A DNA stretch of 64,000 nucleotides from Lentisphaerota bacterium (GCA_016873715.1 VGWF01000001.1:64394-128393), one strand, 5' to 3'. Counted from the stretch's first letter, positions 18,129 through 27,546 are shown. The notes: a model not told the origin generated them from the sequence alone. Translations and numbers: made by a program.

Positions 18129-18905
18129 ATGAACCTCACCTCCATCACGGGGGACTTCCCGTACCGCATGGCCTTCGCCGGCGGGTGGATCGACCAGCCC
18201 TTCGTCTCGCGCCTGAATCCGGAGCCGCCGGGCTCGATGGTCGTCGTCGGCCTCGAACCGTTCACGCGGTTCATGGACCGCTGCGGGATGGCGACGGGCA
18301 CGCGCAAGGTCGCCCTCCGGCTGTGGGGTGGGGGCATTCCGGACGGCGACCCCGCCGCGCGCGTGCGCGAGCTCTACCGCGAGGAGAACCGCGGGCTGGC
18401 GGATCCGTCGGGCTCGCAGGACATGATCGGCCTGATCCTGCCCGGCGTGAACCGTCTCGACTACGATGCCGCCCACGAGGGTGGCGTCTTCCCCCGGCAC
18501 ATCGAGAGCAACCGCGACCCGGCGGTCGCCGACTGGATCGAGCGGGTGATCCACATGGTGCCGGTCGCGCCCCGTCCGCCCGGCTACAGCCCGCTCGACC
18601 GGAAGAACCTCGACCCGGAGTGGATCCGCCGCCTCGGCCGCAGCGGCCGCGACTGCTTCGATGCGATCGTCGCCCGCGACGCGGCCGCCCTCGGCGCGTC
18701 GATGAACGAGTGCATGCGGTGCTGGGAGGCGCTTCTCCCGGGCACCGTCCGCCATCCGACCCTGGCCGCCGACCTCCCCGCCATCCTGCTCGCCTACCAG
18801 GACCGCCACGCCGGCGCGATGTACTCCGGATGCGGCGGGGGGTACCTCTATGTCGTTTCCGAGAAGCCCGTTGACGGCGGTTTCCGTGTCCGCGTCCGCC
18901 GCTGA
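18129..18905 (+). CDS. GHMP-kinase-like protein (short, 258 aa)
   Basis: N-terminal FAGGWIDQPF resembles the GHMP sugar-kinase motif FAGGGTDxP. C-terminal YSGCGGGYLYVV is glycine-rich. Confidence 0.45.
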   Translation: MNLTSITGDFPYRMAFAGGWIDQPFVSRLNPEPPGSMVVVGLEPFTRFMDRCGMATGTRKVALRLWGGGIPDGDPAARVRELYREENRGLADPSGSQDMIGLILPGVNRLDYDAAHEGGVFPRHIESNRDPAVADWIERVIHMVPVAPRPPGYSPLDRKNLDPEWIRRLGRSGRDCFDAIVARDAAALGASMNECMRCWEALLPGTVRHPTLAADLPAILLAYQDRHAGAMYSGCGGGYLYVVSEKPVDGGFRVRVRR

Positions 18906-19000
18906 CGCGCGGCGCCGCGGAACGCCCCGGCGGCCGGCGCCGCGAAATGGGCGGTCGGGCTTTTTGCGGTTGCCCCGGCCCGCGCGCCCCCCTATAGTCG

Positions 19001-21562
19001 TTGGAAATCCCGGTCTTCGGCCGGGAGTTCCGGATGGGCTCGGGGATCGCGATGCTTAATGTAGAAATCCCGGGATACGAAATACTTGAGAAGATCGGCG
19101 ACGGGGCCATGGGGTTCGTCTTCAAGGCCCGCCAGCGTTCGCTTGATCGTGTCGTGGCCGTCAAGGTGCTCCGGCCCGAGCTCGCGGGCGATCCCACGGC
19201 GATGGCGCAGTTCCGTCTCGAGGCGAATTCGGTTGCCACGCTGAAGCACCAGAACATCCTCCTGCTTCACGAGGCGGGGCAGGCGAACGGGCTCCACTAC
19301 TTCATCATGGAGTACGTCGCCGCCTACAGCGTGGCGAGCTGGCTGGCGCGGAAGGGCGTGTTGTCCGAGGGCGACGCGCTGACGATCGCCGACTCCGTGG
19401 CGCGGGCCCTTCAGTACGCCTGGGACAAGGCCGGGCTGATCCACTGCGACATCAAGCCGGGCAACATCCTCGTCGACGAGGACGGCGTCATCAAGGTGGC
19501 GGACTTCTCCGGCATCAGCCGCACGAACATGAGCGAGGAGGCCCAGCTCCTGCGCGACGTGACGATCGGCACGCCGAACTACATGTCGCCGGAGCAGGTG
19601 CGCGGCTTCGACGCGATCGATTACCGCGTGGACATCTACGCGCTGGGCGCGCTGCTCTACCACCTCGTCACGGGCGTGCTCCCGTTCGAGCACTGCACGG
19701 AAGAGGAGGCGATGCAGCAGCAGGTCGAGGGGAAGCTGACGGACCCCGCGGAGCTGAACCCGGCCGTATCGGTGAACTTCTCGATGATGGTCGAGAAGAT
19801 GATGGTCAAGGACCGCGACCAGCGGTCGGCGAGCTGGGAGTCGGTCGTGGCCGACATTGGGCGCGTCCGCGCCGGCCAGACGCCGCTGCCCCCGTTGCCC
19901 TATCCCGGGTCGAGCACGATCCTGCGCACGGTGCAGGCGCCGCCGCCCCCGCCGCCGGCCCGGCCGAAGGTGCCGCCGGTGTTCGCGCCGCCCGCGCCGG
20001 CCGCCGCGCCCGCGCCGCTGCCGACGACGGTACCGAAGCCGAAGTCGCGGAAGATGGCGATCCTGGTGACGGCGGCGGCGGTCCTTGTCGTGGCCGACGT
20101 GCTGCTCTTCCTGGTGTCCCCCCTCTCGCCGCTGCGGAAGCGCGCGCCCGCCTCGACGAACGACGTCGAGACGGTCGATCCGATCGCCCCGCCGGCCGTC
20201 CCGCCCGGAGCGACCGCGGCGCCCGGGGCGTCCGCCACGAACGCCGCGCTGGTTCCGCGCCCGAAACCCCGGCCGAGGCCGCCGACGAATGCCGTCCCGG
20301 CCGCTCCGGAGGCGGGCACGAACGCCGCGCCGGACGTTCCGGCCGCACCCGTGCCGCCTCCCGCCCCGACCAATGCGCCCGCGGTTCCGCCCGTGGAGGA
20401 CGCGCAGGCGGCGGAGGAGGCGGCCCGCGCCGAGGGCCTGCGCGCGCATCTCCGCCTTCTGCAGGGCGTCATGACCGAGTGCATCCGGCGGAACTACACC
20501 GGCGCCGTCTCGCAGCTCACGGACTGGCTCAACGCGAACACCGGCCATCCGAACCGTGCCCAGGTCGAGGCGGAGCTCGCGCGCGTCCGCTCGGTCGCGG
20601 CGCTCTTTCCGCTGCTCGAGGCCAACAGCCGGGAGCTCTCGGGGCGCCCGATCCTCAATACGCCGGGCGTCTCGGGCGACGTCCTCGCGATCCGCGGATC
20701 GAAGATCACGCTCTCGCGGCGGCTGGGCGAGGGCACCGCCCAGGTCGACCACGACCTCTACCGCCTCGGCTCGCAGGACATCCTCGGCCTTCTCCAGGCG
20801 GCGGACGCCGGCGCCTTCCCCCTCCACGCCGCGCGGTTCCTGCTCGGCGAGGCGCAGTTCGGCTCCGTCGATTCGCACCTCCTGCAGGCGCGGTCCGCCG
20901 GCCTCGAGTGCGAGGACCTCGTCCAATGGCTCAAGGAATGGCAGCAGGTCGTCCTCAACGTCCGGGCCGACCGCGCGGTCGACGAGATCAAGGCCAAGGT
21001 GGTCGACAGCCAGTTCCGCGCGGCGGGCGAACTGCTGGCGACGGCCGTCCAATCGTATGGGGACTCGGACATCTTCCGGTGGGCGCGGAAGACCGAGATC
21101 GCACGGCTCGGCGTCCTGATCCGCAATGAGACCGGCGAGGACGTGCCGGCCACGCCGGAACCCGAGAAGCCGGCGGTGAAGCCCGGGCCGGCGGCGCCCG
21201 ACCCCGGCGATGCCGGGGATGCGGCCAACATCGAACAGTTCAACGTCGGCGAGTTGCTCGGACGCATGCGCCAGCTCGACGGCAGGGTCGTCCGTCTGCG
21301 CTTCCGCTACCGCATGTCGATCTCCGAGGCGGGCCCCGGCGTGTACCGGACGGACGTGGGGCTCGACAGCTCGACCATCGCCGTCGAGTTCTCGCAGGAG
21401 GGCTACCGGTGGTTCCGGAATTCGGTGTCGCAGAGCTACGGCGGGGAGAACCCCATCCGCGTGGTCTACGGCATCGTGGACGCGAAGCGCCAGTCGGTCC
21501 GGTTGCTCGGGCGGACCATGAAGCGCCGCATCGGCGGCCAGGGCGATGAGTTCTCCTGGTGA
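19001..21562 (+). CDS. Eukaryotic-like Ser/Thr protein kinase with Pro-rich linker, one TM helix and a large C-terminal extracytoplasmic domain
   Basis: Motifs GDGAMGFVFKA ... VAVK, HCDIKPGNILV, DFSG and GTPNYMSPEQ. TM segment MAILVTAAAVLVVADVLLFLV. Alternative start at ATG 19052. Confidence 0.85.
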   Translation: MEIPVFGREFRMGSGIAMLNVEIPGYEILEKIGDGAMGFVFKARQRSLDRVVAVKVLRPELAGDPTAMAQFRLEANSVATLKHQNILLLHEAGQANGLHYFIMEYVAAYSVASWLARKGVLSEGDALTIADSVARALQYAWDKAGLIHCDIKPGNILVDEDGVIKVADFSGISRTNMSEEAQLLRDVTIGTPNYMSPEQVRGFDAIDYRVDIYALGALLYHLVTGVLPFEHCTEEEAMQQQVEGKLTDPAELNPAVSVNFSMMVEKMMVKDRDQRSASWESVVADIGRVRAGQTPLPPLPYPGSSTILRTVQAPPPPPPARPKVPPVFAPPAPAAAPAPLPTTVPKPKSRKMAILVTAAAVLVVADVLLFLVSPLSPLRKRAPASTNDVETVDPIAPPAVPPGATAAPGASATNAALVPRPKPRPRPPTNAVPAAPEAGTNAAPDVPAAPVPPPAPTNAPAVPPVEDAQAAEEAARAEGLRAHLRLLQGVMTECIRRNYTGAVSQLTDWLNANTGHPNRAQVEAELARVRSVAALFPLLEANSRELSGRPILNTPGVSGDVLAIRGSKITLSRRLGEGTAQVDHDLYRLGSQDILGLLQAADAGAFPLHAARFLLGEAQFGSVDSHLLQARSAGLECEDLVQWLKEWQQVVLNVRADRAVDEIKAKVVDSQFRAAGELLATAVQSYGDSDIFRWARKTEIARLGVLIRNETGEDVPATPEPEKPAVKPGPAAPDPGDAGDAANIEQFNVGELLGRMRQLDGRVVRLRFRYRMSISEAGPGVYRTDVGLDSSTIAVEFSQEGYRWFRNSVSQSYGGENPIRVVYGIVDAKRQSVRLLGRTMKRRIGGQGDEFSW

Positions 21563-22430
21563 TCCCGGGGCCGCAAACCGCCCCGCGCCCGGCGTGCCCG
21601 GTCGGCTCCTGCTGATCGCCGGCGGCGGCGCCTATCCCCGGCTTCTCGCGGAGTCCGCGCGCGCCCAGGGCGTCGGCCACCTCGCGGTCATCGCGTTCCG
21701 CGGCGAGACCGATCCCGCCGTCGCGCGGCTCGCCGACGCGGCGCGCTGGGTCGCGGTGGGGCAGATGACCGCCTTTCTCGACGCCGTCCGCGCCTCGGCC
21801 ATTCCCGACGCCGTGATGGCCGGGCAGATCTCCCCGTCCAGCCTGTTCCGGCTGCGGCCGGACCGGGCCATGTTCGACCTGCTCGCGTCGCTCCGCGAAC
21901 GGAACGCCGAGACCATCTTCGGCGCCGTGGTCGCCGTACTCGCGCGGGAGGGCGTCCGCATGCACCCGGCCAGCCGCTTCATGGAGCGGACCATGCCGGA
22001 GCCCGGTCCGATCGCGCGCCGCACGCCGGACGCGCGGGAGGCGGCGGACATCGATCTCGGCCGCCGCGTCGCCAAGGCGACCAGCGGTCTCGAGATCGGG
22101 CAGACCGTCGTCGTCAAGGAAGGCACGGTGCTCGCCGTCGAGGCCTTCGAGGGCACCGACGAGGCCATCCTGCGCGGCGGCAAGCTGGGCGGGCCGGGCT
22201 GCGTCGTCGTGAAGACCGCGAAGGCCGGCCACGACATGCGGTTCGACATCCCGGTGATCGGCCTCCGGACGATGAAGGCGCTCCGCAAGGCCGGCGCCAC
22301 GACGCTGGCCGTCGAGGCGCGTCGGACGATCCTGCTGGAGCGCGAGGCGCTGGTGGCCGAGGCGGACCGCATGGGGCTGGCCTTCGTGGCGTTCGAGCCG
22401 GAGGGCGGCGTGAAGGGGGAGTCGGCATGA
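21546..22430 (+). CDS. lpxI: UDP-2,3-diacylglucosamine hydrolase (LpxI family, DUF1009)
   Basis: LLLIAGGGAYP, EIGQTVVVKEGTVLAVEAFEGTDEAILRG and DIPVIGLRTM match Caulobacter LpxI signatures. Located immediately upstream of lpxB. Confidence 0.8.
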   Translation: MSSPGDPGAANRPAPGVPGRLLLIAGGGAYPRLLAESARAQGVGHLAVIAFRGETDPAVARLADAARWVAVGQMTAFLDAVRASAIPDAVMAGQISPSSLFRLRPDRAMFDLLASLRERNAETIFGAVVAVLAREGVRMHPASRFMERTMPEPGPIARRTPDAREAADIDLGRRVAKATSGLEIGQTVVVKEGTVLAVEAFEGTDEAILRGGKLGGPGCVVVKTAKAGHDMRFDIPVIGLRTMKALRKAGATTLAVEARRTILLEREALVAEADRMGLAFVAFEPEGGVKGESA

Positions 22431-23374
22431 GCGGGATCATCCGGGTGGGCGTCGTCGGCGTCGGGGCGTTGGGCGAGCACCACGCGAGGCTCTACGCCTC
22501 GCTTCCCTCGGTGAAGCTCGAGGCCGTCCACGACACGAACCCGGCCCGCGCGGAGGAGATCGCCGCGAAGTACGGCACGCGCGCCGTGCCGACGCTGGAG
22601 GCGTTCGCCGAATGCGTCGAGGCGGCCAGCATCGTGGTGCCGACGGACCGCCACCGCGAGGTCGCCGGCGCGCTGCTGGAGCGCGGGCTGCACCTGCTGG
22701 TGGAGAAGCCGATCACGACGACCACGCAGGAGGCCGGGGAACTCGTCGCGATGGCCGGCGCGCGCGGCCTGATCCTCCAGGTCGGCCACGTCGAGCGGTT
22801 CAATCCCGTCCTGCCGTTCCTCGAGGCGGCGGCCGGCACGCCGCGCTTCATCGAGGCCCACCGGCTGGCCCCGTATCCCCCGCTGCGGCCGGGCGCCGCG
22901 CCGCGCGGGACCGAGGTGAGCGTGATCCTCGACCTGATGATCCACGACCTCGAGGTGATCCTGCACCTCGTTCGCTCGGAGGTCGTCGACATCCGCGCCG
23001 TCGGCGTGCCGGTTCTGAGCCCGACGGAGGATATCGCCAACGTCCGCCTCGCCTTCGCCAACGGCGCCGTGGCGAACGTCACCGCCAGCCGCATCAGCCC
23101 GGAGCGGATGCGCAAGATCCGCGTGTTCACGGCGGACGCCTACCTGTCGCTCGACTACATGAACCAGGCCGGCGAGGTCTACCGCAAGGGCCCGGCCGGC
23201 ATCGTCCGCGAGGCGGTGCCGATCGAGAAGGGCGAGCCGCTCCGCAACGAGCTGGCGTCCTTCGTCGAGTGCGTCGCCCGCCGGAGCGAGCCGCGCGTCG
23301 GCGGCCGGCAGGCGGCCGAGGCGCTCCGGCTGGCCATCGCGATCCACCAGCGGCTGATGTCCGGCCCCTCATGA
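22427..23374 (+). CDS. Gfo/Idh/MocA-family oxidoreductase (cytoplasmic)
   Basis: N-terminal Rossmann motif IRVGVVGVGALGEHHARLY. ATGA overlap with lpxI and with lpxB. Confidence 0.8.
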   Translation: MSGIIRVGVVGVGALGEHHARLYASLPSVKLEAVHDTNPARAEEIAAKYGTRAVPTLEAFAECVEAASIVVPTDRHREVAGALLERGLHLLVEKPITTTTQEAGELVAMAGARGLILQVGHVERFNPVLPFLEAAAGTPRFIEAHRLAPYPPLRPGAAPRGTEVSVILDLMIHDLEVILHLVRSEVVDIRAVGVPVLSPTEDIANVRLAFANGAVANVTASRISPERMRKIRVFTADAYLSLDYMNQAGEVYRKGPAGIVREAVPIEKGEPLRNELASFVECVARRSEPRVGGRQAAEALRLAIAIHQRLMSGPS

Positions 23375-24525
23375 GCCGCTCCGTCCTCGTTGTCGCCGGC
23401 GAGGTCTCCGGCGATCTCCACGCCGGCGCCCTGGCGGCCGCGCTCCGGGCGCGCGGGACGGACCTCGCGCTCTGGGGCATCGGGGGCGACCGGTTGCGCG
23501 CGGAGGGGGCAGACCTGCTCTACGACGTGGGCCAGACGGCCGTCATGGGCTTCGTCGAGGTCATCCGCCATCTCCGGTTCTTCCGCCGCGTCTTCCGGCA
23601 CGTCCTCGACGAGGTCGACCGCCGCCGGCCCGCGGTCGCGGTGCTCGTCGACTACCCCGGCTTCAACCTGCGCCTCGCCCCGGAGCTCCGGAAGCGCGGC
23701 GTGCGCGTCGTCTACTACGTGTGCCCCCAGGTCTGGGCGTGGCACCGCTCGCGCATCGGATCGATGGCCCGCACGATCGACCGCCTCGCCGTGATCTTCC
23801 CGTTCGAGGTCGAGGCGTTCGCGGGGTCGGGCCTGCGCGTGGACTACGTGGGCCATCCGCTGGTCGACGCGACCGCCGCCGCCCTGCGCGCGCCGCCCGC
23901 CGCCCTGCCGTGGCGCGGGGACGGACCGCGCATCGCGCTGCTGCCCGGCAGCCGGCGCCAGGAGATCCGCCGGATCCTCCCGGTGCTGGCCGTCGCCGCC
24001 GCCGAGATCGCCCGCCGGCATCCGGACGCTTCGTTCCTGCTCGCCGCGCCCTCGGAACCCGTCGCCGGCCTCTCGCGGGAGGTCCTGCGGGGCGTGCCCG
24101 GCGCGGAACGCCTGCCGATCGTCACCGGCGCGACCCGCGAGGTCCTGCGCCAGGCCCGGGCCGCGTGGGTCGCCTCCGGGACGGCGACGATGGAGGCGTG
24201 CCTCATGGGCTGCCCGCAGGTGGTCGTCTACCGGACGCATCCGCTCAGCTACCACGTTGCGAAGCGGCTCATCCGGGTTCCGCACATCGGCATGGTCAAC
24301 CTCGTTGCGGGCCGCGGTATCTGCCCCGAGCTCATCCAGCACGAGGCGACGCCCGGGTGGCTGGCCGAGGCGATCGATCCGCTGCTGGCCGACTCGCCGC
24401 AGCGCGCCGCGATGCTCGGCGGCTACGCGGAGGTCCGCGCGAAGCTCGGCGGAGGCGGTGCGGCGGACCGCGCCGCCGGGATCGTCCTCGAGGAACTGGC
24501 GGCCGGCCGCGGGGGGCCGCCGTAG
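23371..24525 (+). CDS. lpxB: Lipid-A-disaccharide synthase
   Basis: VVAGEVSGDLHAGAL ... LVDYPGFNL ... YYVCPQVWAW motifs of LpxB. Confidence 0.85.
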   Translation: MSRSVLVVAGEVSGDLHAGALAAALRARGTDLALWGIGGDRLRAEGADLLYDVGQTAVMGFVEVIRHLRFFRRVFRHVLDEVDRRRPAVAVLVDYPGFNLRLAPELRKRGVRVVYYVCPQVWAWHRSRIGSMARTIDRLAVIFPFEVEAFAGSGLRVDYVGHPLVDATAAALRAPPAALPWRGDGPRIALLPGSRRQEIRRILPVLAVAAAEIARRHPDASFLLAAPSEPVAGLSREVLRGVPGAERLPIVTGATREVLRQARAAWVASGTATMEACLMGCPQVVVYRTHPLSYHVAKRLIRVPHIGMVNLVAGRGICPELIQHEATPGWLAEAIDPLLADSPQRAAMLGGYAEVRAKLGGGGAADRAAGIVLEELAAGRGGPP

Positions 24526-24528
24526 CGG

Positions 24529-25221
24529 TCAGGCTCCGCCGGGCGATGCGGCCCGGTCGATCCACAGCGCGACGCGAGGGTGCCCCTCCACGGCCAGCCC
24601 GGCCGGGATCGTCCCGGGGACGGTGAGCAGGGTGCGGACGATCGCCGCCTTGTCGGCCCCCGTCACGACGAAGACCAGGTCCTCCACGCGACGCAGAAGG
24701 CGCGGCGTCGCGCTGATCCGGTCCGGCGGCTGCGGTTTGCGGACGGGGATCGCGAGCCGGTCGCCCGCGCGGGCGGCCTCCACGTCCGACCGGCTGAAGA
24801 GCGATGCCGTGTGGCCGTCCGCTCCGACGCCGAGGAGGCCGAACGGGATCCGGACGCCCGCCTCCAGGAGGCCGGCCAGGGCGCGGTGGAAGCCGTCCGC
24901 CGCCGACTCGATCGATCCGGACGTGTCGACGCGGAGGAAGCGGTCGTCCGCGAGCCCCGCCGCACGCAGCAGCGGTCCGACCTGGAAGGCGTTGAAGTCG
25001 GGCGAGTCGGCGGGGACCATCCGTTCGTCGCTCAGAAAGGCGCGCGCGCGGCATCCCGCGGGGAGGGGGTTCGTTGCGAGGAGGCCGTACGCCGCGAGCG
25101 GTGTGCGGCCTCCGGCCAGCATGACGGCGCCGGAGTTCCCGGCGTCCGTGAGCGCGGTCCGGATGCGGGCGGCCAGTTCCGAGGCGAGAGCCCCGGCCGT
25201 TTCGAAAACGCGGAGGTTCAT
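24529..25221 (-). CDS. pgl: 6-phosphogluconolactonase / glucosamine-6-P-deaminase family
   Basis: LAGGRTP ... LSDERMVP ... GLLGVGADGHTASLF signature. Confidence 0.8.
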   Translation of the reverse strand: MNLRVFETAGALASELAARIRTALTDAGNSGAVMLAGGRTPLAAYGLLATNPLPAGCRARAFLSDERMVPADSPDFNAFQVGPLLRAAGLADDRFLRVDTSGSIESAADGFHRALAGLLEAGVRIPFGLLGVGADGHTASLFSRSDVEAARAGDRLAIPVRKPQPPDRISATPRLLRRVEDLVFVVTGADKAAIVRTLLTVPGTIPAGLAVEGHPRVALWIDRAASPGGA

Positions 25222-25318
25222 GCGCCCAGCATACCGCCGCGCGTTGCATCCGCAACCGGCGGATTTGATTCCGGCCCCCGATTCGATACACTAACTTCGC
25301 GGATCGATTGCCAAACGC

Positions 25319-25870
25319 ATGCCCGTCGAACGAACCAAAGACCGTCGGACATGGCGCGACTACCTGCGGCTGACGCTTGTGCAGCGGGGGTCGCCGGAGA
25401 GCATCGCGTGGGGCGTCGCCGTCGGGATGTTCGTCGCCTTCACGCCGACGCTCGGGGTCCAGATCGTCCTGGTTCTGATTCTGGCGTCGATCCTGCGCGT
25501 CAACCGCATTGCGGCCATCCCGCCGTTGTTCATCACGAATGTCCTCACGGCGGGGCCGGTCTACGGTTTCGAGTGCTGGCTGGGGGCACAGTTCCTTCCG
25601 GACGCGAAGTCGGCGGAGATGCTGGCCCGATGGGAGAAGGTCCAGCACATCGTGGCGGAGACCGGGATCCTGTCGCTGCACCGGGACTGGCGCGATCTGA
25701 TGACGATCGGCGGCGACCTGTGGCTGGCGATGTGGATCGGGGGGATCCTGGTCGGGGGGCTCCTGGCGGCCGTGTCCTACGTCGCCACCGTGGCGATCGT
25801 CCGTCGCCACCGCGCCCGCCGCGCCCGGCGCCTCCAGGATCGCGCCCGCGCGCGCCAGCCTGCGGGGTGA
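25319..25870 (+). CDS. DUF2062 family membrane protein
   Basis: ESIAWGVAVGMFVAFTPTLGVQIVLVLILASILRVNRIAA pattern typical of DUF2062. Confidence 0.65.
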   Translation: MPVERTKDRRTWRDYLRLTLVQRGSPESIAWGVAVGMFVAFTPTLGVQIVLVLILASILRVNRIAAIPPLFITNVLTAGPVYGFECWLGAQFLPDAKSAEMLARWEKVQHIVAETGILSLHRDWRDLMTIGGDLWLAMWIGGILVGGLLAAVSYVATVAIVRRHRARRARRLQDRARARQPAG

Positions 25871-25878
25871 GTCAGGAG

Positions 25879-25905
25879 CCGGGTCCGGCCCTCGGCCGGA
25901 CCCGG
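25879..25905. terminator. Bidirectional stem-loop between convergent genes
   Basis: Perfect 12-bp stem ccgggtccggcc / ggccggacccgg with loop ctc, 8 nt after the DUF2062 stop and 10 nt after the convergent small-basic-protein gene. Confidence 0.4.
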
Positions 25906-25915
25906 TCCGCGAACG

Positions 25916-26134
25916 TCAGGCCTTGGCGGCCAGTTTCTTCTTCAGCTTCACGGGGCGCCGGAGCAGCGCACGGACCGCATCGGGCTTCAGGCCGGCGACG
26001 ACCGTCTCGGGCATGCCCAGCCCGACCAGCCGCTTGCGCTGCACGCGCTGGCGGCGAAGCTTGTCGGCCGCCTTCTTCTTCGGCCGGCTCCGGTTCTTGT
26101 TCTTCAGCGTCCGTTGCTTGGTGTTCGTAGCCAT
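25916..26134 (-). CDS. Small highly basic hypothetical protein (72 aa, Lys/Arg-rich)
   Basis: Clean ORF with balanced codon usage (MATNTKQRTLKNKNRSRPKKK...). No homology recognised. Confidence 0.4.
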   Translation of the reverse strand: MATNTKQRTLKNKNRSRPKKKAADKLRRQRVQRKRLVGLGMPETVVAGLKPDAVRALLRRPVKLKKKLAAKA

Positions 26135-26228
26135 GATGTACCTCGTCTGCCCGCCGGGGGCTCCCCGCGCGAGCCGGCGCTTATACCATGCCCCGCCGCC
26201 GCGGGCAATGTCCGGCGCCTTCCGGGGC

Positions 26229-26454
26229 AGGGCAGACGCATCTTGTTCCTGTCGAAACCGAGCCGTGTGCGCGGGATCCTCAGGATTCCCCTTCCATCGC
26301 CGGGAAAGGGAGATCCCAGCCGAACGATCCTTGAATCAAGGCAAAGGCGTAGCCGCGTCGCACCCCCGCAACCGCAAGGGCTCCAGCGTCCACCCGCGAC
26401 TCCGCGCCCCGCCGCCCGAAAGGTGCCACGACCTCGAGGAAGATGCGTCTGCCC
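26229..26454. mobile_element. MITE-like non-autonomous element, copy 1 (full length, ~226 bp)
   Basis: 15-bp terminal inverted repeats gggcagacgcatctt ... aagatgcgtctgccc. The internal sequence is shared with the copies at 35876..36032 and 63328..63501. No coding capacity. Confidence 0.6.
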
Positions 26455-26561
26455 TGCCTCCCGGGGGATCCGGCCCGGGCCGGAGGCGCACGAGGGGGAG
26501 GACCGGGCGGGGACGGGATGCCCGGGGTTTCCAGATCTTGGAAGCCCCGGCGGCGCGGGAA

Positions 26562-27512
26562 TCAGGGATTGGAGGATCGGCGCTCCTTCAGGATCCGGAG
26601 CATGGCCCCGCCCATCGAGGTGCCGATGAGGTGGAAGGTCCCGGCGTTGCCGTTCCAGTGGTAGCCCTGTCCGTTGGGGGATTCCTCCTTCGGCCGCCAG
26701 AAGGGGCGGGTGTCGATGAAGGCGACGTTTCCGGTCGGGCCGAAGTACGCCGCCGCCTCCTCCTGGGCGCGCACGAGCGAGACGGCGCGCGGGTGGACGT
26801 CGTTGCTGCCGCCCTGTCCCGTGGCGGCGATGACGAACGGAAGGCCGGGCGCGTTGAATTCCCGGCGGATGTCCCGGACGAAGCAGATCATGTTCGTCGC
26901 ATAGGCGTCGTTGAAGGCCTGGTTCACGCGGTCGTTCCATCCCTGGTGCCAGCCGAAGCCGGCCAGGCGGATGGGGCGCCCCGCGACGGCGGGCCACACG
27001 CGGCCGGGATCGGCGAGGGTCGCCTTCACGGTCCGGACGAGTTCGAGATAGGACGGACCGGTCTCGCCGCCGGCGGACGGAGGCCGGAAGTCCTTCGCCA
27101 GGCTCTTGCCTCCCCATGCGAGCTTGATCAGCAGCACGGGCTCCTCGAGCGCGCCGCCGACAACCTGGCCGAAGCCGAGTTCCGGGCCGATGCGGTCGTC
27201 GCGCGCGCCGAATCCCGGCCGCAGGGCGCCGTTGCGCCCGAGGTACGAGACCCACACGTCGTCGCGTTCGGCCCAGGCGCCGTCCGCCCGGAGCCATTGC
27301 CGGAGCGCCTCCGGCGAGGCCGGGTTCCGCGCCAGCGCCTCCAGGCTTCCCTTGCCGCCGTTGCGCTTCGGGTCGGCCGCGATGAAGCCCTGTCCCTCCA
27401 TGTTCGACTGCCCGGCCAGGACGAAGGCCGTCACGGGCGCGGGATCGGCCGCGCAGGCCACGCGGGCGAGCAGCACGGTTGCGAGGACGGACCCGGGTGC
27501 GTGCGGGGGCAT
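26562..27512 (-). CDS. Secreted SGNH/sialate O-acetylesterase-like (SASA) carbohydrate esterase
   Basis: Signal peptide followed by FVLAGQSNMEGQG, the GQSNM catalytic motif of the SASA/DUF303 family. Confidence 0.75.
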   Translation of the reverse strand: MPPHAPGSVLATVLLARVACAADPAPVTAFVLAGQSNMEGQGFIAADPKRNGGKGSLEALARNPASPEALRQWLRADGAWAERDDVWVSYLGRNGALRPGFGARDDRIGPELGFGQVVGGALEEPVLLIKLAWGGKSLAKDFRPPSAGGETGPSYLELVRTVKATLADPGRVWPAVAGRPIRLAGFGWHQGWNDRVNQAFNDAYATNMICFVRDIRREFNAPGLPFVIAATGQGGSNDVHPRAVSLVRAQEEAAAYFGPTGNVAFIDTRPFWRPKEESPNGQGYHWNGNAGTFHLIGTSMGGAMLRILKERRSSNP

Positions 27513-27546
27513 GGGGCTCCTTTCGGGCCGGCGACTCCGGCCTTCG

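Noticed and set aside
19857-20484. Possible tandem DNA repeats underlying the Pro/Ala-rich region of the Ser/Thr kinase, and nested ORFs (19857..20069, 19900..20484, 20085..20474)
   Set aside because: The region encodes a Pro/Ala-rich linker of biased composition but no exact DNA periodicity. The nested ORFs are frame artefacts of the same biased sequence.
26104-27297. 397-aa minus-strand ORF and plus-strand ORFs 26114..26629 and 26443..26664 spanning the MITE and esterase region
   Set aside because: They run through the non-coding MITE and are out of frame with the SGNH esterase, which has a clear signal peptide and the GQSNM motif.
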